Of a DNA stretch of 58,369 bases, positions 25,353 through 34,737 are shown piece after piece (the first letter of the stretch is position 1; each line of letters opens with the position of its first letter). The stretch is taken from the NCBI GenBank assembly GCA_043750035.1, contig JAYVCI010000246.1, positions 1 to 58,369 on the forward strand, written 5' to 3'. Under the pieces are notes generated by a model, which was given only the letters and a program-made list of their open reading frames with translations, ran no database searches and was not told where the DNA came from. The position numbers were made by a program, and so were the translations under genes. Source of the stretch: Chitinophagaceae bacterium. Its GTDB lineage: Bacteria > Bacteroidota > Bacteroidia > UKL13-3.

Positions 25353-26303
25353 ATGGAAGTATATAATATCCCAATTCTTGATGTAACTGTGCTACCAGCA
25401 CAATTAAAGCATGAAACTATCTTTAATAGGTATGATGCTCTCAATCAAAGCGAAAGTATCATTATTCACAACGACCATGACCCAAAGCCTTTATACTACC
25501 AGCTTCTTGCTGAAAGAGGTAATAGTTTTAATTGGGAATATTTATTAAATGGTCCTACGTATTGGGAAGTAAAAATTACCAAAAGAAATATAGAAGACAG
25601 TGGTAAAACTGTGGGACAAATTGCAGCCAGCGATTATAGAAAAGCCAAAGTATTTGCGAAATATGGAATTGATTTCTGTTGTGGGGGCAAAAAAATGTTA
25701 AAAGAAATTTGCGATGCCCAAGGTATAGATATATTACAAATTGAAAAAGATATTCAACAAATAGACAATCAAAATAGTGGCAAAGAGTTGTTATACAATG
25801 ATTGGAGTTTAGATTTCTTGATAGATTATATTCTGAATACCCATCATGCGTATATAAGAAAAGCAATTCCACAATTAATACAATATGCCGATAAAGTAGC
25901 CTGTGTCCACAGTAACAACCATCCCGAACTGATTACAATACAACAAATGTTATATGATGTTATCAATGAATTGACAAACCACATGAAGAAAGAAGAAATG
26001 GTACTTTTTCCGTATATAAAAAATTTAACCAAATATAATGATGGGGAAATTTCTAATTACGGAAGCGTTCAGAATACCATTAATATGATGGAAATGGAAC
26101 ATGAAGTTGTAGGGGAACTTTTTGAGAAAATTAATGCATTGTCCAACAACTATAGCCTTCCAACTGATGCTTGTGCCAGTTATACCTTGTTTTACAATCT
26201 ACTTAAAGAATTTGAAAATGATTTGCATTTGCATGTACACTTGGAAAATAATATACTGTTTCCAAAAGCTATACTGTTGGAGAAATCAACGCATTTTAAT
26301 TAA
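25353..26303 (+). CDS. Iron-sulfur cluster repair di-iron protein (RIC/ScdA/YtfE family) with an N-terminal DUF2249-like domain
   Basis: 316 aa. Residues ~5-75 resemble DUF2249 (HNDHDPKPLYYQL). The ScdA_N motif DFCCGG and hemerythrin-like His/Glu motifs (HHAYIRK, EEMVLFP, EHEVVGE, HVHLENNILFP) follow. Confidence 0.8.
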   Translation: MEVYNIPILDVTVLPAQLKHETIFNRYDALNQSESIIIHNDHDPKPLYYQLLAERGNSFNWEYLLNGPTYWEVKITKRNIEDSGKTVGQIAASDYRKAKVFAKYGIDFCCGGKKMLKEICDAQGIDILQIEKDIQQIDNQNSGKELLYNDWSLDFLIDYILNTHHAYIRKAIPQLIQYADKVACVHSNNHPELITIQQMLYDVINELTNHMKKEEMVLFPYIKNLTKYNDGEISNYGSVQNTINMMEMEHEVVGELFEKINALSNNYSLPTDACASYTLFYNLLKEFENDLHLHVHLENNILFPKAILLEKSTHFN

Positions 26304-26312
26304 TTGATAGTA

Positions 26313-27689
26313 CTACAACTTCTCAAAATGAGCTGTAAAATGTCTCAACAGCTTTGCTTCTTTTATTATTTTGTATCCTTTAGTATTTGCTTTATTTTTC
26401 AATACTTCATCAAATACTTCTATCACATAATCTATATGACTTTGGGTATATACCCTGCGAGGAATTGCCAGTCGTACCAGTTCCATGGCGGCCGGGATTA
26501 ATTCCCCATTTTCATCATATTTGCCAAACATCACAGAACCAACTTCTACACATCTGATTCCACCAATTCTATATAATTCACATACCAATGCCATGCCTGG
26601 GTATTCATTAAGTGGAATATGATTATACAGTTTTGCAGAATCAATATATACTGCATGGCCACCTATGGGATACATCACAGGCACACCTTTCTCTCTTAAT
26701 TTTTCTCCAAGATATGCAGTACTTTTTATTCTATAATTCAAATAATCTTTATCAAATACTTCGTTCAACCCCACGGCTATAGCTTCCATATCACGACCAC
26801 TTAAGCCACCATAAGTAGTAAACCCTTCGGTAACAATTAGTAGATTTGTACATTCTTGAGCAATAATTTCATCTTTCAAAGCCAAAAAACCACCCATATT
26901 TACCAAGGCATCTTTTTTAGCACTCATAATACAGCCATCTGCTAGCTTAAACATTTCCTTTGCAATTTCCTTATAAGTATAATTGTCAAATCCTGCTTCT
27001 CGGTGTTTGATAAAATAACTATTCTCAGCAATACGACAACAATCTATGATATATAATACTTTATATTTTTTACAAATATCAGATACTTCCTTTGCATTTT
27101 GCATACTCACAGGCTGCCCACCACCACTGTTATTGGTAACGGTTAATATTACTGCTCCAATATTTTCTGCACCATGTTCTATGATAGTTTTTTCTAATAT
27201 TTCAGTATCAATATTTCCCTTAAATGGATAATACGCTTCATGATTTTTCGATTCATAAATGCCAATATCAATAGCCGTTGCACCACTAAATTCAATATTT
27301 GCACGGGTAGTGTCGAAATGGGCATTGCTGATAAATATTTTCCCTTTGCCTCCCAAAAAACTATATAAAATTCTTTCGGCGGCTCTTCCTTGGTGGGTTG
27401 GCAAAATATAAGTATATGAAGTTAGCTCATGCACAGCATTGTAAAAACGCTCCCAGCTTTTGGCACCTGCATACGATTCATCACCCCGCATCATGGCAGC
27501 CCATTGTTCATTGCTCATGGCAGAGGTGCCGCTATCTGTTAAAAAGTCAATAATTACTTGCTCACTTTTCAATAAAAATGGATTAGAGTGAGCTGCTTCT
27601 AAATACTTTTTACGTTCGCTTTCGGTACTCATTAATATTGCCTCTACCGATTTAATTTTAAAAGGTTCGATAATTGTTTTAAATGACAT
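26313..27689 (-). CDS. tnaA: Tryptophanase (beta-eliminating lyase family)
   Basis: 458 aa with the PLP-lysine motif SAKKDALVNMGG, the TDSGTSAM and PTHQGRAAE motifs, and a TnaA-like C-terminus LRHFTAHFEKL. Tyrosine phenol-lyase is not fully excluded. Confidence 0.8.
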   Translation of the reverse strand: MSFKTIIEPFKIKSVEAILMSTESERKKYLEAAHSNPFLLKSEQVIIDFLTDSGTSAMSNEQWAAMMRGDESYAGAKSWERFYNAVHELTSYTYILPTHQGRAAERILYSFLGGKGKIFISNAHFDTTRANIEFSGATAIDIGIYESKNHEAYYPFKGNIDTEILEKTIIEHGAENIGAVILTVTNNSGGGQPVSMQNAKEVSDICKKYKVLYIIDCCRIAENSYFIKHREAGFDNYTYKEIAKEMFKLADGCIMSAKKDALVNMGGFLALKDEIIAQECTNLLIVTEGFTTYGGLSGRDMEAIAVGLNEVFDKDYLNYRIKSTAYLGEKLREKGVPVMYPIGGHAVYIDSAKLYNHIPLNEYPGMALVCELYRIGGIRCVEVGSVMFGKYDENGELIPAAMELVRLAIPRRVYTQSHIDYVIEVFDEVLKNKANTKGYKIIKEAKLLRHFTAHFEKL

Positions 27690-27780
27690 AAAATGTATTT
27701 TATATTCTACTTTATGATATATTAAGCCTAGTAAACGATCCGCCCAGAGCGTAGTAGAACTGTGGTTTTAGTTTTCACTA

Positions 27781-28635
27781 TTAAATTTCATTAAGATATT
27801 GATGCAATGCTTCTTTCCATGGCAACATAATATTGATATGGTTTTTGTTTAATACTTCGTTTTGAAGAACTGAATACTTAGGCCTATTTACTTTGTATTG
27901 AAAATCCGATGAGCTGGCTTTGAATAATTTAACCGGAGTATTGGTATATTTGAATATTTCTTCAGCAAATTCGTACCACGAGCATTGCCCTTCTGATGTG
28001 GCATGTATAGTTCCCTTAATGTCGGTGTTAAGAATTAAAGCCAATTGCTGCACAATGTTTTTTGTATTGCTTGGCGACACAAATTCATCATCCACTACTT
28101 TTACTTCACCTTTTTCGTAGGCCAATTTCAGCATCAACTGTATAAAGTTTAAACCCTTTTTAGCTCTGCAGGGATGGTGCCCATAAATTGCTGAAATTCT
28201 AATTATAATTGCATCGGGATTGTTTAAAATTATCAACTTTTCACCCTCCAATTTTGTTTTACCATATACATTTAGTGGTACTGGAATATCGTCTTCATTA
28301 TATGGAGATTTCTTTTCACCATCGAACACATAATCGGTGCTGAAATGAACAAATTTAATATGAAGTGTATGACAGATTTTTGCCATAAAGCCAACGGAAG
28401 TAGCATTGATAAGTTCTGCTATATCAGGGTTTTGTTCGCATAATTCTACTTGGTGATAGGCGGTGGTGTTGACTAGTATTTTTGGTTGAATACCAATAAG
28501 TAATTGATATATATCCGATAAGTTTCCCACATCAATATCATCATGAGTTTTAGCAATTACTTCATGTTCCTTTTTGAATGCAGCCACAATATCGCTGCCA
28601 AGCTGTCCATTAGCTCCAAGTACTAATATTTTCAT
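27781..28635 (-). CDS. rfbD: dTDP-4-dehydrorhamnose reductase
   Basis: 284 aa with the Rossmann start MKILVLGANGQLG and a RmlD-like substrate-binding domain. Confidence 0.85.
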   Translation of the reverse strand: MKILVLGANGQLGSDIVAAFKKEHEVIAKTHDDIDVGNLSDIYQLLIGIQPKILVNTTAYHQVELCEQNPDIAELINATSVGFMAKICHTLHIKFVHFSTDYVFDGEKKSPYNEDDIPVPLNVYGKTKLEGEKLIILNNPDAIIIRISAIYGHHPCRAKKGLNFIQLMLKLAYEKGEVKVVDDEFVSPSNTKNIVQQLALILNTDIKGTIHATSEGQCSWYEFAEEIFKYTNTPVKLFKASSSDFQYKVNRPKYSVLQNEVLNKNHINIMLPWKEALHQYLNEI

Positions 28636-28639
28636 ACGT

Positions 28640-29611
28640 TTAATATTTTGGTTTGGTGTTTTTAAATACTTCTATATTATAATATTTACTGTTTTCAAAA
28701 TCATTAAAATTATTAATATTTTCTAGTAAATTTTCTATAATATCTGCTTCTGTTTGCGTAGGATTGTATCCCAATTCATCCAGTGCTTTTTGCCAGCTTA
28801 CTTTATAGTTTCTATAATCTTGTATATTTTTATCTGTAATTTTTATGGCTTTATTATACTTCTTTTCAAGTAACTGTGCCATCTGCGTGGCAAGCTCGCC
28901 AATAGTGGTATTGAACGATGCAATATTAAAAATTCCATTGGTGTTGGGTTTACTTTCAATCGCTAATTGATAAGCTTTGCATAAGTCATTAAGTCCTAAA
29001 ATAGGTCGCCAAATTTTTGGGTTTGAAACGGTAATTTCGTTTTTTGAAATCGCATTTTTCATCATGGTATTAATAGCCAAATCCAATCGCATTCTAGGAC
29101 TGTATCCACTTATAGTTCCTTGCCTGAAACATATTACAGAAAAGTCTTCAGTGTGCAGAGATAGTAAAACACATTCGCCCTGCAGTTTAGAAACACCATA
29201 GGGATAATTGCAAACCGCTTCATCAGTTTCAGTGTATGTTTTATTATGCGTATATCCGTATACCGAGCACGAACTGGCAAATATAATTCGTTTAACTCCA
29301 GCTTCTCGGGCCATGAAACCTATATATGCAGGCAGTGCAGTATTATATATAAAGTTTTTAGAAGGAGAAAATTCTGCCATAGGATCATTTGATAATCCTG
29401 CCAAGAAAATAACGGTATCATAACCTTTTAACTGCTCCATTTTTAAATCGAATAAATCTAATTTAATCAGGTTGATATTTGGTGGAACATATTCCCCAAA
29501 CCAGCAGGCATCAGCAACTGTAATATCATATCCTGCATTAAATAAATAAGGCGATAATACTGCTCCCACATATCCGGAACCTCCTGCTATTAAAATTTTT
29601 TTCTTAGTCAT
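28640..29611 (-). CDS. NAD-dependent sugar epimerase/dehydratase (extended SDR)
   Basis: 323 aa with GGSGYVG and a catalytic YxxxK (YGVSK). Confidence 0.75.
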   Translation of the reverse strand: MTKKKILIAGGSGYVGAVLSPYLFNAGYDITVADACWFGEYVPPNINLIKLDLFDLKMEQLKGYDTVIFLAGLSNDPMAEFSPSKNFIYNTALPAYIGFMAREAGVKRIIFASSCSVYGYTHNKTYTETDEAVCNYPYGVSKLQGECVLLSLHTEDFSVICFRQGTISGYSPRMRLDLAINTMMKNAISKNEITVSNPKIWRPILGLNDLCKAYQLAIESKPNTNGIFNIASFNTTIGELATQMAQLLEKKYNKAIKITDKNIQDYRNYKVSWQKALDELGYNPTQTEADIIENLLENINNFNDFENSKYYNIEVFKNTKPKY

Positions 29612-29625
29612 CTTGCATATATATA

Positions 29626-30192
29626 TTAATACTTGAAATTTTTCGATAAATCATTCGATAGCCATTGTTCTAATGTATGAGCAGTTTTATCTTTGTCTGA
29701 TAGCTGTGGTTCTGCTAAAGGCCATGCTATTGCTATGGCAGGGTCGTTCCACATAATTCCTGATTCGCCATTTTTATTATATAATCCAGTACATTTATAT
29801 TGAATTTCAGCCACCTCACTTAGTACACAAAATCCTCGGGCAAAGCCTGCTGGTGCCCATACTTGCTTCTTATTTTGTGCAGATACAATTTCTCCATGCC
29901 ATTGCCCCAAACTGGGTGAACCAATTCGTAGATCAACTGCAACTAAAAATGCTTCACCTACCGTAACACGCATCAATTTACCCATGGGTGGCTCCCATTG
30001 AAAATGTATGCCCCGCAACACATTTTTTCCCGACCGTGAATGATTGTCCTGCACAAAATTGGTAGGGATGCCAAGCTTTTCAAACTCATCTGTTCGGTAC
30101 ACTTCCATAAAGAAACCCCGGTCATCTTCAAACACATCGGGTTGAATTACTTTCAATCCATTGAGATGTTCTGCTATTAAATTAATTTTCAT
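29626..30192 (-). CDS. rfbC: dTDP-4-dehydrorhamnose 3,5-epimerase
   Basis: 188-aa RmlC cupin (DDRGFFME, LRGIHFQ, PAGFARGF). Confidence 0.9.
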   Translation of the reverse strand: MKINLIAEHLNGLKVIQPDVFEDDRGFFMEVYRTDEFEKLGIPTNFVQDNHSRSGKNVLRGIHFQWEPPMGKLMRVTVGEAFLVAVDLRIGSPSLGQWHGEIVSAQNKKQVWAPAGFARGFCVLSEVAEIQYKCTGLYNKNGESGIMWNDPAIAIAWPLAEPQLSDKDKTAHTLEQWLSNDLSKNFKY

Positions 30193-30216
30193 AATTTGTA
30201 TATATTATTATAAACT

Positions 30217-31269
30217 TTATTTTATACTGTTAGTTAATTCAGTGTATGTTTTCTTTTTGCCAAAAAAATATTGTAATACCACACTTCTTGGGTACATAGA
30301 CTTTAGTATGTATTCGTCATTTTTTGTTCTAATTTTTTGTACTTGCTTTCTTTTTTTTACAATCAAAAATATATTGAGTACAATCCAAATATGTGCATAC
30401 AATATCGCAAAAGCCCTAGTAAATTCTAAGGATACAATACTTTTGCCTGCTGCCATATAATCAAGTAGTATATGTATTATCGTTTTTGAAATTGCATTTT
30501 GTAAACCATAATTTTTCAGCAATAAGTATAAAGAATTGCGGTGGTTCCAATACATTTTTTTGAAACTTTGTTGTTGTATAGTAGCCCCACCATAATGTAA
30601 TATCACCGATTGAGGAACCACTTTTACTTTATAGCCTAACAAGTGCATTCGCCAATTCAAGTCTATCTCGTCCATGTGATGCACAATAGTTTCGTCAAAA
30701 TTCCCAATCTCATTAAGTACCGAAGCTCTTATAAAACATGCAGCCCCACAGGTCCAAAAAACATCTATTACCTCATTGTATTGGCCATTATCATCTTCTA
30801 TAGTATCAAACACACGACCACGAAGAAAAGGGAATCCATATACATCCATCATACCACCGCTAGAACCCGCGTATTCAAATTTAGTTTCATCAAAAAATGA
30901 CACAATTTTAGGTTGTAAGGCAGCTATCATATCATCTTCTTCAGCTACATTTACCAAATGTGTTAGCCAATCCGGTTTTACTTTTACATCATTGTTCAGG
31001 CATAAAAAATATTTGCCTTTACATTGTTTAAAAGCCAAATTATAAGCTGCACAAAATCCATTGTTCTGGGTATTTTGTATAATAACTACTTCGGGAAAAT
31101 TTGCCTGGACATATTCCACATCATTATCTGTTGATGCATTGTCCAATAAATATATTTTATAATTGGAATAGGTAGTTAATCTCAGAGAATTAAAGCAATC
31201 ATCTAAAAACTTTTTCCCATTGTGGTTTAACACAATCACAGCTACTTCGGGTACTATTTGCTCATTCAA
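30217..31269 (-). CDS. Family 2 glycosyltransferase
   Basis: 350 aa with a GT-A N-terminus (VIVLNHNGKKFL...LLDNASTD) and C-terminal TM helices. Confidence 0.8.
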   Translation of the reverse strand: MNEQIVPEVAVIVLNHNGKKFLDDCFNSLRLTTYSNYKIYLLDNASTDNDVEYVQANFPEVVIIQNTQNNGFCAAYNLAFKQCKGKYFLCLNNDVKVKPDWLTHLVNVAEEDDMIAALQPKIVSFFDETKFEYAGSSGGMMDVYGFPFLRGRVFDTIEDDNGQYNEVIDVFWTCGAACFIRASVLNEIGNFDETIVHHMDEIDLNWRMHLLGYKVKVVPQSVILHYGGATIQQQSFKKMYWNHRNSLYLLLKNYGLQNAISKTIIHILLDYMAAGKSIVSLEFTRAFAILYAHIWIVLNIFLIVKKRKQVQKIRTKNDEYILKSMYPRSVVLQYFFGKKKTYTELTNSIK

Positions 31270-31362
31270 ACCATTTTTACTTTAGGATACAAATAACCTT
31301 GATACAACATATGTAAAATATGATTCAAGTCAGAAAACGGTTTGAGAATTATCATTTTTGTG

Positions 31363-32949
31363 TTATAATACAGAAAGCAAATAAGCATATTCCTCCTTTT
31401 TGCCTTGCTCAAAATTCTCAGGTGAAATAGCTTCCCGATAATGCGTACCAATGCTTCCTTCCCTTAACAATGCAGCTTGTATAATAAGCAAACCTGCTTG
31501 CACCATATTCAACAATTCGTAATATTTCCTTGAATTCTGATTGTATTTCATTATTTTTAATAATTCATCTTCATACTGTTGTATCGAATTTTTTGCTGTT
31601 TCTAGATTTTTCTCATTTCTCACTATTCCTGCATTATCCCACATTAATGATTGCAATTTTTCAATATCAAAAGATATATGAAGATTAAGTTCGATACCTA
31701 TCGAATTCATTTTTTTGGCAATAGGATACCTGGATCTATCCCCAAAGTGATGCGGTACTATATGTTTGTGTTTTATATAGGAAGCTGTAGCATCTGCAAA
31801 CACCAATCCTTCTAGCAATGAATTACTGGCCAGCCTGTTAGCTCCATGCACACCAGTACATGCTACTTCTCCAATGGCATATAAATTTGGTATTGTTGTT
31901 TCCCCATTCAAATTGGCAACTACTCCCCCACACATATAATGAGCTGCTGGAACTATTGGAATTATTTGTGTACTTATATCAATTCCATACTTTTTGCATG
32001 TATTATAAATGTATGGAAATTCAGTTTGTAATCTCTCATTTCCAATAGTTGTTGCATCAAGATATAAAAAGTTAGCTTGGTCTTTACGCATTTCCTTTAT
32101 CATACTTCGGGTAACTATATCACGTGGTGCTAACGACCCCATAGGGTGGTACTTGTGCATGAAACTGTTTCCATCCTTTTTTTTCAATTCGGCTCCCGCA
32201 CCACGCAGAGCTTCACTAATTAGTATATTTTCTTCGCGTTTATGCAAGTATAGCATGGTAGGATGAAACTGTAGAAATTCCATATTAGAAATTTTTGCCC
32301 CCACCCTATAAGCTAGTGCATAACCGTCGCCAGTTGCGGTATTAGGGTTGGTGTTTAATAAATAAAGATAACCTACCCCGCCAGAAGCTAAAACTACAAT
32401 ATCCGCATAAAAATTGTAACTTACATTTTCTGTTTGGTTCAGAATAGTTGCTCCGCAGCAATTGTCATTTTGCACAATTAAATCAAGTACAAAATGATTT
32501 TCGTATATATATATATTGGGATGTTTGCGAACAATGTCAACCAAAGTTTCGATAACTGCTTTTCCTGTTTCGTCTTTTGAGTGTACAATGCGGTCGTGCC
32601 TATGTCCTCCTTCTCTTGACAAGTCCAGAATATTTTTTTCGTTTTTGGTGAACTTAATTCCCATTTCTATCAATTCTAAAATACAATGTCTTGCATTTTT
32701 GATCATAAAATGTACTGCTTTTTCATCACACAAACCTGCACCTGTAATAATTGTATCTTTTATATGTTCATCTGCGGAATCATTATCCGCAAAGGGTGCT
32801 GCAATTCCGCCCTTAGCTTGGTATGAATTAGAATTATATAAACCATCCTTAACTATTAGGTGTACATGAGCATATTCAGCGGCTTTGATGGCAAATAACA
32901 ATCCACTAATTCCGCCTCCAATACATAAAATATTTAATTTCGGATTCAT
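31363..32949 (-). CDS. nadB: L-aspartate oxidase
   Basis: 528 aa with the FAD motif CIGGGISGL and the succinate dehydrogenase / fumarate reductase flavoprotein fold (HPTML, GANRLASNSLLEG). Confidence 0.9.
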   Translation of the reverse strand: MNPKLNILCIGGGISGLLFAIKAAEYAHVHLIVKDGLYNSNSYQAKGGIAAPFADNDSADEHIKDTIITGAGLCDEKAVHFMIKNARHCILELIEMGIKFTKNEKNILDLSREGGHRHDRIVHSKDETGKAVIETLVDIVRKHPNIYIYENHFVLDLIVQNDNCCGATILNQTENVSYNFYADIVVLASGGVGYLYLLNTNPNTATGDGYALAYRVGAKISNMEFLQFHPTMLYLHKREENILISEALRGAGAELKKKDGNSFMHKYHPMGSLAPRDIVTRSMIKEMRKDQANFLYLDATTIGNERLQTEFPYIYNTCKKYGIDISTQIIPIVPAAHYMCGGVVANLNGETTIPNLYAIGEVACTGVHGANRLASNSLLEGLVFADATASYIKHKHIVPHHFGDRSRYPIAKKMNSIGIELNLHISFDIEKLQSLMWDNAGIVRNEKNLETAKNSIQQYEDELLKIMKYNQNSRKYYELLNMVQAGLLIIQAALLREGSIGTHYREAISPENFEQGKKEEYAYLLSVL

Positions 32950-32958
32950 AGTTTTAAC

Positions 32959-33960
32959 TCAATTAAATTCGAGCATTCGTTTTAAGGGAATTGAAGCTTT
33001 ATATATAGTATCATCATCCAATTTAATTTCATATTTTTCTTGCTCGACATTACCTATTGCATATAATGCTTTAATTGTAGCATCCAGCGTAATCATCTTC
33101 ATATAGGGGCATTTGATACAGGGGGTAATAAATTCTTTGTCGGCATACATACGTTTCAAGGTACTGCCCAAATCGCATTCTGAGCCCAGGATAAAAGTAT
33201 GCTCGCTACTATTTTTTACATAGTTTATAATATCATTGGTGCTGCCCAAAACGCCACCCATCGAATTTAGATATTCCTTCACCGTTTCTTCTGGAACTTC
33301 CCAATGCAGTAGCACTTTAGCATCAGGATACTGGGCTTTTATTGTATTAAACGAATCCTTCTTAAACTGCTCATGCACCTCACATTTGCCATCCCATAAT
33401 ACAATATTTTTGCCCGTTTCTTGGTGGATTCTTGTTCTCAAATTCTCCCCCATATATTTATCAGGAACAAATAATAAAGTATCTTCTTTAAATGAACGGG
33501 CAATATCCAATGCATTTCGTGAGGTGCAGCAGATATCACATTCAGCCTTGGTTTCAGCAAAAGTATTTATATATCCTATTATTGGAATTCCAGGATATCG
33601 CCGTTTAAAATTTTTAAGATCCTTCGCTGTGATACTTGATGCAAGAGAACAACCTGCATTTTTATCGGGAATAAATACATTTTTTGCTGGGTTTAAAATC
33701 TTTGCGGTTTCTGCCATAAAACTTACTCCACAAAATATAATATTCTCTTGTCTCACTTTTGTAGCTTCTATACTCAATCCCAGTGAATCTCCAATAAAAT
33801 CAGCAACTCCACCTTCGCTAACCAGCAGTTGTAACTCGGGTGGCATATAATAATGTGATAGGATTACCACATTTTTTTCTTTTTTCAAACGGGCAATCTC
33901 AGCATAAAAATCGTGGATGGTGAGCGTGCCATGTTCGGATATCAATAATTCAGCACTCAT
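32959..33960 (-). CDS. nadA: Quinolinate synthase
   Basis: 333 aa, NadA type with conserved Cys (AGCSLA, DICCTS, KCPYMK). It lies directly upstream of nadB. Confidence 0.9.
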   Translation of the reverse strand: MSAELLISEHGTLTIHDFYAEIARLKKEKNVVILSHYYMPPELQLLVSEGGVADFIGDSLGLSIEATKVRQENIIFCGVSFMAETAKILNPAKNVFIPDKNAGCSLASSITAKDLKNFKRRYPGIPIIGYINTFAETKAECDICCTSRNALDIARSFKEDTLLFVPDKYMGENLRTRIHQETGKNIVLWDGKCEVHEQFKKDSFNTIKAQYPDAKVLLHWEVPEETVKEYLNSMGGVLGSTNDIINYVKNSSEHTFILGSECDLGSTLKRMYADKEFITPCIKCPYMKMITLDATIKALYAIGNVEQEKYEIKLDDDTIYKASIPLKRMLEFN

Positions 33961-34014
33961 AATGTGTAGCTATAAAAATTCCTCAAAATTGATGCTACTT
34001 TAAAATTAATTTTA

Positions 34015-34026
34015 TGATTTATATCA
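34015..34026. promoter_or_regulatory. Crp/Fnr-type box TGATTTATATCA upstream of nadA
   Basis: Identical 12-mer to the box at 21501. The centre is 33.5 nt from the TTTG of CAATTTTG (minus strand, 33984..33991). Confidence 0.5.
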
Positions 34027-34187
34027 GTTTTTTGTTGAGTTATATCATTTTTATTCGCCATATCATATTTGAGTTTCGCATTTCTGCATAATCATTAAGA
34101 GAATCCTATATTATAGCATTGATTTGGTTACTGTTTTCCTAAAAAAAAATCATTTAAAAATTTCCAAAGCCCATTTTTATATTTTAA

Positions 34188-34199
34188 TGATTCAAATCA
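34188..34199. promoter_or_regulatory. Crp/Fnr-type box TGATTCAAATCA upstream of the thioesterase / 598-aa gene pair
   Basis: Perfect palindrome. The centre is 33.5 nt from the TTTG of TAAACTTTG (TTTG at 34227..34230). Confidence 0.5.
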
Positions 34200-34258
34200 T
34201 AAAATCATAATCGTATATAATTAAACTTTGCAGGTTGAATTATGGAATTAAATAATAC

Positions 34259-34726
34259 ATGCGTTCTCGAAGACCTTCACTTTCAGAAACAGTAAAAACA
34301 GAAGTAGTATGCCCCAATGATACCAACCCAATGGGCATTTTATTGGGAGGGCAATTGGTGCATTGGATGGATATTGCTGCCGCAGTTTGTGCCCAAATGC
34401 ACTCAGGGAAAATATGTGTTACTGCGTCCATTAATAATGTGGAATTTAACCATCCTGCAAAAATTGGTGACGTACTTATTATCAAAGCCAAGATTACCCG
34501 GACTTTTAATACCTCTATGGAAATATATGTGCAAGTATATAAAAAAAGTTTAACGGCAGCTACCAAGCAATTAATAACAAATGCTTACTTCATCTTTGTG
34601 GTGCTTGATTCTAATGAGTTATCAGAAAAAATTATAGCAGTGAATCCAATTTCTAAGCAAGAAAAAAAGCAATATGAAGAAGCCCTAAAACGCAAAAAAA
34701 TATTTTCAATAACTAATACGAATTAA
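34259..34726 (+). CDS. Acyl-CoA thioesterase (hotdog fold, YciA/BFIT-like)
   Basis: 155 aa with the motif PNDTNPMGILLGGQLVHWMDIAA, typical of this thioesterase family. Confidence 0.8.
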   Translation: MRSRRPSLSETVKTEVVCPNDTNPMGILLGGQLVHWMDIAAAVCAQMHSGKICVTASINNVEFNHPAKIGDVLIIKAKITRTFNTSMEIYVQVYKKSLTAATKQLITNAYFIFVVLDSNELSEKIIAVNPISKQEKKQYEEALKRKKIFSITNTN

Positions 34727-34737
34727 ATAACGACAAC

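Noticed and set aside
27781-31269. A complete dTDP-rhamnose biosynthesis operon.
   Set aside because: Only rmlC and rmlD homologues are present, together with an SDR epimerase and a GT2. No rmlA or rmlB is in this window, so the pathway cannot be called complete here.
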